From: Lepidodermella squamata
Lineage: Eukaryota > Animalia > Gastrotricha
Assembly: GCA_047495785.1 (NCBI GenBank)
Contig: JBLDXI010000009.1
Span: 5,332,001-5,396,000, forward strand
Reading direction: 5' to 3'
Length of the DNA stretch: 64,000 bases
Shown: positions 26,234 to 38,765 of the stretch, in pieces
Layout of the letters: every line of letters begins with the position of its first letter
Numbering within the stretch: position 1 is the first letter of the stretch
Position numbers and translations under genes: made by a program
The notes under the pieces: model-generated
What the model was told of the DNA's origin: nothing
Databases searched by the model: none
The model's input: the letters and a program-made list of their open reading frames with translations, nothing else

Positions 26234-27430
26234 GAGAAAAGAGTTGCGAAAGCTTCGCTTCGTTTTTACGTACCTATATCTAATATAAAAATGGAACTTT
26301 ATTCTTACTACATATATCAAATTTTCGTTTCTTACGTTGATATGAAAATTCCGCACCGAACGTTTAGAGGAAAAATATGGTTGTGCTGTAATGATAATAA
26401 TAAGGCTGAGAAAAACCCGCGTTTTCACTTGTTGAATGAATTCCGCGCACTGTTTCTGGAGACACTTCTGTGCAATTAATTAATTACAAATTTTGGTTTG
26501 CTTGTGATACTTGAACGAAACTAACTATACATGGGATTCAATGTTATCTTGTTGCTTTTTCCAGCTTGCGGTAACAACAAAAACTGAGTGAAATGTCACA
26601 CCTTGAAAAAAATATTCCGAGTGTAAATTATACGTTGTTATTAGTGAACTCGCAAAAATGCTTAGAAATTTTGCATTTCAAAAATAATCGCTCGTTTTTC
26701 ATCATCACAACTCTCAAAAAAAATCATTCGAACTGCTTTGTGCTAAATATTGACTTGAAACAAGGATTTTATTCATAATTTGATTAGTGGAATTATGAAG
26801 AAAAAGCATAGACTGAATTTTAACATCGATTTCGGCGCCAAATAATGCAGCGATCTTTTCCATCATAATAATGTAACAAGATTTTTTCGTTGCTTGATAA
26901 ACTGCTACATTATATCGTCCTATTAATGCCGTAGGTGTACCATAATATAAATCTTTCATATCCGCCTTCTATATAGCATTTATTCGTAATTTGTTTCCAA
27001 GTATTAAAACATAAGCAAATTTACGTTGGAAGCACTTCGTGTCCCTTTCACACCTGATTTAATTTTTATTTGAAAAAACCGCACATCTTCTTGCGCGCTG
27101 AATAAATTATGCATATATTAATATATTAACTCGACTAAAAAAAATTGAAAAATACGATATAATATCTCAATTTTACTATATTATAGATAAATCTTTTCTT
27201 TTTCTTCTGGGTACAAGTTGTGAAAAATCTATTAATAATATTCTTCTGTTGGACTTATGATAATATAACGACTCTGGTTTTGCGCCGTTTACAAAAAAAT
27301 CACGCTGAGGTGCAAGCTTATCCTGAAAAAATTATTAATAAAATTTTTAAAAATAATACTTTTTATTTTAGGTTGTTATGAGAGAGAAAAATGTGAAAAG
27401 TTAATTATCGATGCGTGACGAAGCGAATCC

Positions 27431-30400
27431 ATGACCACTGCACAAAATTCGGTCGTCGTGTTGTTGTTCGTCCTAATCTCAGCTATCGACTATGCATCGC
27501 CGGCCAACGATTACAGCTCATTATACGGCTCGTTATTCTCAGACCAGACGTGCTCAAGCGCCTCGCCGTCGTCGCTCGGCTGGACGTACCGGCTGTTCGG
27601 CAACGCAACTTTCGCAAATGTCCTTCGAAAAATCCCGGAATACCAGTTACCAGCAGATAATCGGCTGTTAATAGCCGCGAATGATCAACGCTCGCTGTCT
27701 TGCGTTTTCGGAGTTTGCGACCCGGCAACTTCGGCGTGTAAATGCAGTCGAAATTGGGTCGGGTCAAAGTGCCAAAATTGCGCGGGAAGGACGCTGTGGT
27801 CGAGTCAAGATAAGGGCTTAATCGCCTCGAATGCCGCGCCGTCTTACCAGGAAAATTCACGCTGCACGTGGATAATTACGCCGCCGCCTAATTCCGCCGA
27901 CTATCGCCTGAGTCTGCAGTTGAAAGTGTTGAATTTTTCAACGGAATGCTCCTGGGATTTGTTGTTCATTTTCGACGGAACAGCGGCTGTTCCCTCGAAC
28001 CTACTCGCTGTGATCAGTGGCGATTTATCCAGCGACCAAATCGCGCAATTTCCGACTATTTACTCAAAATTCGGCTCCGTTTTGATTTATTTCTACTCAG
28101 ATGCTTACCTGAATTACGGCGGTTTCGTCCTGGAATACACGTACTCATATTGCCCGAGAAATTGCTCCAGTCGCGGCGAGTGCCAGGGCCAAAATTCGGT
28201 GTTTACGACGACTTTATCGTACGAAAACGGCACAACTAGTTCCACATCGCAAATTTCGGTGAAAAATTCGCGAAATTCAAATTCGACCAAATGCATTTGC
28301 GACCCGGGTTATCGGGGTGATTTTTGCGAATTTTTCGCTTGCCCTAACAATTGCTCGAGCGAAAATGGGACCTGCAACCAAGACGGCACCTGTAAATGTC
28401 GCCGCGGGTTTTACGGCTTGGATTGCTCGTTAGATGCCAGAAATACGGCTGGTTATTTCAATTTAGTGCCCATTCAAGCGTCTCAGGGCAGTTTCGCGGT
28501 GAATAAAGCCCCGGCCTCGGGCGGCGCCGCTGTGTTAGTCGACGAATTTGTTTGGCTAATCGGCGGTTTCGACTTTGCAACTCGTTTCAACACGCTCTCA
28601 GTGCGGAAATTCGATATTCAAAACCACGTTTTTCATTATAATTTATCGCTGAGCAACGTCTCAGCCCCGCCGAATCGTTACGGCTTGACGGCGCATCGGA
28701 GCTTTGTTTTTCCGGAGTTGATTTACATTTTCGGCGGGACTTTGACGTGGTCGAATCGAATTTCCTCCGAATTGCTGTCGTTCAATATGTCGAGTTTGAC
28801 TTACCAAGTGCTGAATGGATTTCGAGTTGCGTCGAATTCGCCGGGTAAAACGAGCCCGGCTGCGTTAACCGGGCATACCTCGCATTTGATTTACGACCCT
28901 GCGAGGGATTCCGAGAGGCTGTACGTGTTTTTCGGGTATTCGCCCGATTACGGCCTCTCGGATTGGTTGCGAATTTGGGACTTCAATACAAGCTCGTGGC
29001 GCGTCGAACAGGCGCCGTATTCTGGACGGGCTTGGCACTCGGTAAGAATATTTTCAGGATTTATAAGACATGCGATATTTTCTCCACTTTCCAAAAACCT
29101 TTGTCTACACGGAATTTTCCCATTTTCCCTGAGCTGAAATTTATTACGTACCTTTTCGTTTTTTTCCTCGAATTTTTGGCTGGAATCCGCTTGCTGTTAG
29201 CAAAATTGACACGTTTGATTTCCAATATGGGAAAATGCGTAAAATTTGTGAGCGATTTAGGAAATTTTACTAGTCCCCACTTGATGAAATGGCCTGAATT
29301 TTTATTGACTACCTCCGGATATAGGATAATTGGCCGTAGCTGAAATTGAAAATTAGGAAATTGTCCGATTTCCCTCGATTTTTAACCTTGCTATGGACAA
29401 TTTTATCACTGGTTGCTATGGTCTTTTCTGTTACCTGATCAATGCAAATGTTGAAACCCAAACCTGACATTTTCTGAATAGCTATGAATAGCGAGCGATT
29501 AGATGGTGATTTAAATAATTAATTAGCCGTTTCCACTCGTCGATGTCAGTGTTTGTTGACGTAGTTTGATCGATTATCGTTACTGATGAATCACTGTCGT
29601 AACGTTCGGCTTCAGTCCAGAAAATTCCCAGACTAGAAAATAATAATAATAATCAAAAATCAGCCAGACAAAATTTGAATGAAAAGCTAAATTATTGGAT
29701 ATAAAATAGCAGAGTGAATAAGATCTGAAAAACTTGGCTTGTAGCCAGAAATTAACTATTAAAATTGATAAATTTATTTTTGGCAAGCGAAATCGTCAAA
29801 ATTCTGAATAGTTTCATTGAAATTCTAAAGTATGTGAGAAATATGCTGAAGTTCAGAAACACCCGAAATTTTTATGTTCATCGAATTGTTTTTATTATCC
29901 ATTTTTATGATGAATGTGATTTTTTGCAGTCTGTCTATGACGAGCGGTCGAACGCTGTTTTCCTCTACGGTGGTTTTGGCGCCGGGGTGCGGCGGTCCAA
30001 CATCGACATAACCGGCGAGTTGATCCGCTACGACCTCGCTACATCCGCCTGGACCTACATCGGCCAGGTGGGCCAACGCCGCGCCTTCCACGCCGCAATT
30101 CTCATGCCAAACTCGCGCCATCTGCTCGTCCACGGCGGCACTATGCACGAAACAACGTCAATCTCCCGAAAATCCCTACCCGAACCCGGCCTATGCGTTG
30201 TAACCCGCCCGTTTGTGTTAGACCTCGACTCCGGGTGTTCGGTCCAGTTGTCAGACACCCAATTCGCCCCGGCTCTGCCGAGGATAGGCCACGTCGCTGT
30301 AGCCTTAAATCGGACTATAATGTACTTCGGCGGCTTTGACGGGACAGTTTTAGACACAGACCTGTTGGAATACACCCCACTCGGGTGTTCAAACCGGTCG

Positions 30401-33400
30401 ACAGCCGCGCAATGCCTGATACCGAACGGCGTTTCGTGCCAGTGGGCGTGCGAGGCTTGCTACCCGGCGTCGAAAAAAGTCCCAAATTGCTCGACAATGC
30501 TCAACTCAGCAACGTATTGCCTATTCAATAAGCTGAACACAAGTTCAGGCGGAAATGGGACCATGAAAATTTGCGCCGAAAAGGCGAGTTGCGCGTCTTG
30601 CGTTGCGTTTAATGACAACCGCAATCTGCCGGGCGAAGTTTGCCAGTGGAGCGGCGAGACCTGCCGCGGGCTGTCTGCGCCGCCACAAACCTCGGACCAA
30701 TCGATAACAGACTCGGCGAGTTCTAGCGGTGCGGCGTATCTGGCCGGGCAGAACCCGCCGGCGGTGAAGGACGCTGATTCGTGCCCGAGTTCGTGCTACG
30801 GCCTGACTGACTGCTACTCGTGTGCGAAGCAGAACACGTGTCTGTGGTGCAACACGCTGGCGCTGTGCCTGCCCAGTGATGCGTATCGCATTGCGTTTCC
30901 GTACGGCCAGTGCCAGGATTGGACCATGTCGCCGGAAACGTGCCGCACCAACTGCTCGGCGTACAAGTCGTGCTCGGACTGCCAGCAGGATTTGCGGTGC
31001 GGCTGGTGTGACGACGGCTCGGGAACTGGAACCGGAACGGTGAGCCTCATTTTGACCTATTATGAAGAGATGTCATTTTATGCCGAATTGACCTTTTGGA
31101 CGGAGTTTGATCTTGAAAGCGGTTGCAGTTGCGAATTACGGATATTTTTCCTCAACATATTTGACGTTCAACAAGTAGGATCCGTACTTTGCCTGGTTAG
31201 GCGGTGCCATTTCGGATTTAATGACCCTTTTTTAAAAAGACAGATCTTTTATGAGCTATGAAATAGCACTATATAGTTTAAACAATTGCCTTAAAATTGC
31301 TGAAGCCGTAATGTGAAATTTCAAGGGTTACGATTCTAGAACCTAGAACAATTTGGAAGCTTTGCCAAGGCTTCTCAACCTCAAATTTGTAAAATTTCCT
31401 ATATACCTACCCCAATTTTTTAATGCTTGGAAAACAAGCTGTGCCGAATAACTGAGAAGATTTTCACTCTTCGGCATTCTTATTTGTCATTTTTTCCGAA
31501 ACTGCTTTTTTGAGTGAAAAGTGGAATTGCGAGCTTAGCAATCGCGATTCGCCATTATTAGACCATGCAGAGGCATTATTTCGCGCACATTTTCAGGCCC
31601 GCCTATGTTACGGCTCTACGCGCATTCTCATTGGCCCAGTGTTTGAGAGGCAGATCCAACCGAATTTTCACAAATTATCTTCGATTCTTGAGGTGGAACA
31701 TTTTGGGGTTTAGATTTTTCAAGGTTTTTTCAAGGTTAGGTCTGTTAATTTTCTGCAATTCAGTTATTTGCGATCTTAGTCCTAAATAATATTTTTTTTT
31801 TGTTTGTTTTTCTAGTGTATGGTCGGCGGTCTCGGTGCGGCGCTGAACGCCTCGAACGTGAATGCGCCCGGCTGTCCGTCGGAACAGTGGTACTTCTCGA
31901 AGTGCCCGCAGTGCCAGTGTTCGGGCCACAGCACGTGCTTCAACGGCACGGACCAGTGCATCGCGTGCCAGGACAACACGGAGGGCGAGCGGTGCGACCG
32001 CTGCATGTCCGGCTACTACGGATCGGCGCTAAACGGCGGCATTTGTCAACGTGAGTGATGGCGATGATACTCCCGATTACGCCCTATATTTCCCGTTATT
32101 TTTAATTAATTCGCTCCGGAAATTCACTTGCATTTAAAAAACTTGGATTCTGAGCCTGCTTTTTCCAACACTGTTACCTATTTTCCTGAACCTAATTTTC
32201 CTACTTCGAATGATTTTTTTATGCAAAATTGTAACTCATCATCAATACTAACCAAAATTCTAAGGACGCGAAAGCCGAATGTTAAATGGGTACTAACCAC
32301 TGATTATACATACTAGTGCACGGTTTTGCCAAAACTTTTGCTATTTTTTATCTATTTTACCACTGAAACTAGTTAGATCCAATTCTCCCAATAAAACAAA
32401 GGCAATTTATACCTTGTTTAGGGCATGAATGCTTTCAAAGTGGTCTTATTTTTGTGTTCAATCGATTTGATATCAGGATTGGTTAAAAAGTGCTTCTCTC
32501 CGTGTAACTCATTTCGTTGATCTTTATTCGATTTTTTCATCATACCTATTTGTATTACCAATGTTACAGGTTGTCAGTGTAACGGCCATGCAACGACCTG
32601 CAACAGCCAGTCGGGTGTTTGCAAATGCGACACGCATGGCATAACAGGCGCTCAGTGTGATCAATGTGATAAAAATTACGAAGGCGATGCTGTTATTGGA
32701 ACGTGTTATTGTAAGTTTAGCGAAATTATAGCGATTTTCTTGGTATATTTTGTCATGTTTTCCAGACCCTATCCAAGCCGGCTATCGGTACACTATGGAT
32801 CTAACAAAAAAAGAGATGCAATTTATAAACAAAGTCAACTTTCAAACCAAGGATAAAATGGTTAGTTTTGCCGATTTTTGCGATCAACCCTTTAGAAATG
32901 AGGATTTATGGAATTTCAGGATGGAAATTCGGCAAGAATTTTTTCTTATTTCGTAGAATTTTATTCATTTCTGTTTAAATTATTGCAAAATTGAATAATT
33001 TTATTTAGATCAGAAATATTCTGTAATTTTATTTGCATTTAATTTAATCTGCACCATTACTTTGTATTGAATCGAAATAACTAATTGAAAATTTTGCTTC
33101 AGGGACGCAACGAGATCAATTTCAAGCTCAACTGCACGCGTTTGGCCAATTACGTGTTGACGTACGTCACCGGGGCGGCTGTGAACAGCACGGAGACGGT
33201 CATTCAGAGCGGTTTATGTGGACCCGATGTGCCCCCGATCGAAATCTCAGTGTCCCCGTCGAGTGGCGTGCCGTTTTCGGAGCCGAATTTCCGCTTTCGA
33301 ATCGCCATTTCGAACTTCACGATTCCCCTTCTTATTACTGTAAGTTTTTCGATACGTTTCGGATTTTTTCAATTTTTCATAAAAAAAATTCGAAATTGAA

Positions 33401-35134
33401 AATAGTTGACTGTTGTCTGGGTTGAAACTAGTCAACTAGTATTATTTTTATTGTTGGTCGCTATAATATTATGGTAATTTTTTATTTATTTCTATCAAAA
33501 CAATTGCTTGCTAATTGAGAAATATTCAAATTGTGCTTGCTTTTCGTTACTTCATACAGCTCGTTGCAACGGAGGAGCAACCATTCCTCATTTATTTACT
33601 GCTCATAGCCGTCTTCGGGTGCGTTTTCTGGCGCTGCTTGCCACTTTTTTGGTGTCAATTCGAATGATTCAACTTGATTTCTTTTTTACTCAGCTGTTTC
33701 TTGGTTGTCTTGGTCATTGCAATCATCGTATTTCAAATCAAACGCCGCTATGATGACTATCATCGGCGACAGGTAAGAGGCACTTTCGAATTTTCGAGAA
33801 AAAAAAAATTGACGATTTTTCTTTATTATTCCAGCAAGTCAAAACTGAACTTCGACGAATGGCAAAACGGCCTTTTGCTATGGTAAGCAAATATTCTTTA
33901 TTTGAAGAATTCAAAAAAAAAATAAGGCTCAAGATCGAAAAAAATTGATTTTCCTGTTTTGTGATTACTTGATCAGACTTTTGATTTAGAACCATGAAAT
34001 TTGATTTTTGTTGTCGATTTCTGCGTGACAGGTTAACTTTCAACTGGCACCTTTGATCTCGAACTCAATGAGTGGTCAATCTTCTTACGTCTGGGAGACG
34101 CAAAATCCTACCAGCCGAGCTAATAATCACAATGAAGCGGCGCCGCGCAGTGAGCCATCGCGCCATTTAGGCGTGAACGGTTCTCAGGCGAAACAACACC
34201 AGCCGCCATTGCCAGCCATGCATCGTGCCCCACCGATGCCGGTGACGCTGCAGCCGCTGGCTGTGCCAGGCGCCGCTATCATGACAGTACTCATCCAGCT
34301 GCCCCTGGTGACGCCCAATACCGAACCGAATGTCGCAGATGCGGCTTCGACCGAAGTGCCGCTAGGGGCGCCGTCCGCCCTTGCCGCCGGCTCCGTCATA
34401 GTCAGAGCAGGTGAGACACTTTTTTAATTAATAACTTGATTGCTTCTATCACATCTAATTTTTTCCTATTTTCGCTTATATTGTAAATTTTCTAAATTTT
34501 TCTAAATGAATTAAAATTCGCTGGGACAGTTTAGATTTTCAGATTTAAAGAAATACAAGAACTTTGAGAAATTTTGGTAAAAACGATGGACATTTTACGA
34601 TAGCCAAGTGAGAATTTGTTACGTCTTCGGAGCTGTTTGGATTTTTTTTATGAGGAATTGTTTGAAGTTTTCTCATATTTTATTTTTTATAATTTTCTAG
34701 CGTCAAATCTGCTATCCGACCTGTCGAACCGCAACAAGGAGCAGTCACCCGTGGCGTCTGCGTCCGGCCAGGCGCTCAACGAGAGTTCGCTGTGCGGCCC
34801 AGGCGGCGGCGTGATCAGCGGCGGCCCGTCCGGCATCAACAACGAACCGGCCGTTTCGCCGCTCATGGCCGGCGCGAGTAGGCGATCGAGCCGGCAAACG
34901 TGTTGGAACACGCCGCCGGGCACGCTGAACGCGCGGCCGCACGGCTTCCGCATCGGCTCGGCGCCGTCGCAAAATCACCGCAGCGGCAACAACGCGCCGG
35001 CGGTGGTCCTCGAAAATGCAGGTGCTCATCCTCCTCACAACGCTATCCCGGCTGTTGCTGTCGCCGATGCGTCGCCGGCCGCCCGAGCTGTGACGGCCGG
35101 GCCGCGGCCTGATACGCAGGATACTTATTTCTGA
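27431..35134 (+). CDS. ATRN: Attractin-like protein (signal peptide, EGF, CUB, EGF, kelch, PSI, laminin-EGF, TM, cytoplasmic tail), about 11 exons
   Basis: CUB domain FSTECSWDLLFIFDG...YFYSDAY; FPYGQCQDW; CGWCDDGSGTGTG; CPQCQCSGHSTC; the post-TM segment RMAKRPFA (MASRPF motif); PVTLQP...AIMTVLIQLP tail. Confidence 0.9.
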
Positions 35135-36008
35135 ATCGATTCGACCCAAACTACCTATACCTAGAAAAGCTGTTTCTTTGAGCCGCCTCGGTTGTGAGAT
35201 CACTATAAAATTCTGGGGAGAAAAATTGAACTCTACCAAGAAAAAATTCCCATATTTATTGACGAAAAAGTCGAAATTTTATGGGAATTTATTGAGAGAG
35301 CTCTAATTGAATGAAATTAAGAATTCTGATTTTGCTATGTTCTGATCGAGAGAAACCGCCATACTATTTCGCTTCAACCCTGTTACAACCCCGCAGCGCT
35401 TCTGTTTTTGCTAGATTGTTGTTGTCTTCGTTTTGCCGTTGAAATGTCATGCTATTCTATTTATTTTTCTCGCGTGAATCAGAGAGATACGAATTTTCGC
35501 TAAAGACAACATTTGGAAATGAAAAAAGCATGTCATTCTTGTTTTTATTTGGCTGTGTGATATGCATGGTAGATGAGTAAATTGTTCTATAAAATATTGA
35601 TTTTCTACCTATGGCGTTAGATTTTTACCCCTCTTCGACTTTTCACCTGGTCCTTTGATGGCTTTGAGTTTCTTGAACGGTTATAATATAGAATAATTTT
35701 GTAGCTACAAATTGAATAGCAAAAAGAATTATATATATTTTTCTTTACTGGAAATAGCGCTTCAGAATGAAAGTGACTTATTTGAACAGAAAAATACATT
35801 ATTTGCATTTACGGAGATGAGCTTTGAGTTTTTCTCGATTTTATTAATATTATAACTCGGAAAAAATGTGCATCTGTTTTTTACTTTGTGTAAACAATTT
35901 TTCCTTTCGTTTTTGTCTCGCTTAAAACTGATTGGATGAAATAATATGAAAAACGCAATGATGATTGAATAAAACATGAAATTTCAAACTTTTATTCATC
36001 TTTTTTCA

Positions 36009-37602
36009 TTATTTAAACAGATCAAGAAAATGGTGATATCTTTCGTTGATATCTAGCCTACATTCAGCGCATGGAACGTCTTTCAACAAGAATGAAGTGA
36101 ACCAAAAATTAAGGGCGAGATTGAATTTTTTCTGTTCGCACGGTTTCGACACAACTTCGTGCCACCAAAATGCCGGCAAAAATAAAGCATCACCAGGTTT
36201 AATCTCGCAAGTCAACGATGAAGTCTTCGAAAACTTCGGAAATCGGTCGGCGTCGACTTTCGTAATATCGACCGGCGCCATGACCATTGAAGTGCTGTCT
36301 AACAATCGGCGTCTGTAAAAAGTCCAGTTTTTCAGAGAATTTCCGTGCTCATCCAGCTCGAAATCCGCGTCAAATTCAGCTTCTTGAATGTGACCTTCGT
36401 ACATATTTTCGTTCTCATGTGGGTGGAAAATTTGCAGTTTTTTCGACCCAACCATTTGCACTAAAATGTTATCAGCACCTGAAAAAATCGGATGTAAATT
36501 CAATTTTCTAATTTGACCTAAAATTACCATCGAAATGCAATTTTCCAACTGTGTTTCCATCACTCAGCCATAAATTAGTCGTGTCCAGATGTAAATCTTT
36601 CAGAAAATCCGGTAAAGGAGCATCTTTAATCATATTTGAATCAATGTCATCTAAAGGAGTGTATTCCAGATAAGCAGAGGCATTCGTTAATTTGCCGCTC
36701 GAAATTGATTTAATGACTCCAACTAATTGGCGAAGAGTCAAATCAGCAGTTGCTGGTCTTACCACAACGAGATCCGGGAATTTGAGATTCGATACCACGT
36801 GCTCTGGCAAATTAACGCCAACGCCACTTGCGCCTTCATTAAGCCACAGAGATCGCAGTTCAACGCCCTCGTAATTAGATGACGGGCTTAACTTTATGTG
36901 AACACTTTTCGATCCCATGGATTTCCCAGAGAAAAACGCCAGATTCGTCCATTTCTCCAGTGCAGGCCATTTCTTGGCAAAATTCCGCAGAATCACGGGC
37001 TTCGAGCGAAATAGATGATTTCGGAAAAAATGTGACTGATCGATTGAATTGGTTTCCACATCGATTTCTTCGCATGAATCGTCTCGCTGAGGTAGGTAGA
37101 AGTTATTCAAAATTTCTTGCCGTGTTTTACCGGCGCTTGTTAAATCTCCGTCCACTTTTCGAAATAATTTACATTTTGAATTTATTAAATCAACAAGATT
37201 TGACAACACGAGTTTTGAGTCGATGTTGTAGCCGAATTCCACCATTTCCAGCCGTGATATCAGATTTTCTATTAAATTGAATTTCGGCTTCAGAAGGCAA
37301 GTTCGGTCGATTTTCTTTGGTTTAAGAACGAAAGCTTGCCGGTTTGCGGGTTCGGTATCGCAATATTGCTCGCCGGTAGCCATGACTTTAATGAACAATC
37401 CATCGTCAAAATACGCTTTGTTTAATGGCTCTTCCATGTCGAAAAGATTTTCCGATAAATAAACACCGCAATCATTTGACGTATCCGCTGTTTGACTTAT
37501 CAGCCGAGCTACTTCTTCTTTTGTCCATGGCTCTGAGCATCGAAGTGCCAATGCGAGTGCTGAAAATAACGCCAGTAGAGTCGAATAATATGTTAATAAC
37601 AT
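36009..37602 (-). CDS. JmjC/cupin-8 2OG-Fe(II) oxygenase with N-terminal signal peptide; intron 36527-36479
   Basis: KPVILRNFAKKWPALEKW; NLWLSDGNTVGKLHFDGADN (HxD); IKPGDALFLPAFWWHEV (distal His); NFWF. N-terminus MLLTYYSTLLALFSALALA. Confidence 0.9.
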
Positions 37603-37676
37603 ACTATATGAAAAAGTCAGTCTTATAACACAGCAATACAAAAATTTATTCAGAATACTAGGCGAGTGCTAACAAT

Positions 37677-38315
37677 TCAAGTGACTGGATCGAGAGGTTT
37701 GTTGAAACCACCGATGCGGTTCATGTATTGACGGTACTTGCGTTTCTTGTTGACTTTGGCAAGAGCGCCAACGTTTCCTTCGACGTGTTTTCCTTTTGTC
37801 GTATCAAAGCCGGTGAAGCCCATGAGTTTGGCCATCGCAGCTTCCTCGTCATCCATGTCTACAGGCGCTGAAACAGCTTCATCTTTGCTAAAATTAAAAC
37901 CCTTTTATCGCAATGCAGGCAAGCAAAGGAGTAACTGTACTGTTTAGATCTGCTTTTGTCAGGACGAGGAGATCTAGATGACCGATCATCTCGATTGCGT
38001 CTGTCATCGTCACGGTCTCGGCGATCCTTATCCCGATCGCGCCTATCGCGGTCACGATGGCGGTCTCGACTTCGATCTCGAGAGCGGCTTCGCTCTAGAA
38101 ATGGAATGCTAAAGCATAACTTCAACAACTTAGTCAACTTCAACAAACCTCTTCGACGATCTCTTGAACGCTCACGGGGCGAGCGGGATCGAGATCGAGA
38201 ACGGCGAGTTTTATGAGATTTGGAGTGTCGGTCTGTGAAAACAAGGAAAATTTGAAAAGGATTTTATCCGACGTTTAGATGTACAACCTCTTGATCGTGA
38301 CCGAGACCTTCCCAT
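37677..38315 (-). CDS. SNRNP27: U4/U6.U5 tri-snRNP 27 kDa protein, 4 exons
   Basis: RS/RD-rich N-half starting MGRSRSRSR; C-terminal [18 protein letters not shown]...[19 protein letters not shown] signature. Confidence 0.95.
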
Positions 38316-38728
38316 TTTTCTCCGTTAGTACGATAGATAACGATAACGTTAGTACGATATAAGAAGATGAAGACGACAAGCTTTCTTGCAACTTACAAGT
38401 AGCTATGATTAACACCACACGACTAGCGACGCAGTCATCGAGCGTCGAGCGCGCTTCGTTCGTCGAAAATTCTCGAGCGCCAAAACGATTCAAAATAGGG
38501 CTGGGGTTCGGATACGAACCCAGCCGTTTCGGAGTCGCTGATTTACAAAATATTGTAAGTGTTAAATTCGTTATAAAAATTAATTTTATAATGAAATCGA
38601 AATTATATGATTATTTCTGTGAAGAATTTCAAAAGCGCGCTAATTTTGAAAAAAAACCGAGCGACCAATCGACCGGCCGACCTGAACCTGGTACATTTTG
38701 CGGTACCAGATTTGCGGTACCGCGGTGC

Positions 38729-38765
38729 CAGATTGATATGTAGCTACTAGCTACATATCAATCTG
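38729..38765. repeat. Perfect palindrome with 18-bp arms
   Basis: CAGATTGATATGTAGCTA-C-TAGCTACATATCAATCTG. Confidence 0.95.

Noticed and set aside
24464-35239. Numerous alternative-frame and antisense ORFs over CLINT1 and ATRN exons
   Set aside because: Shadow ORFs of GC-rich real exons.
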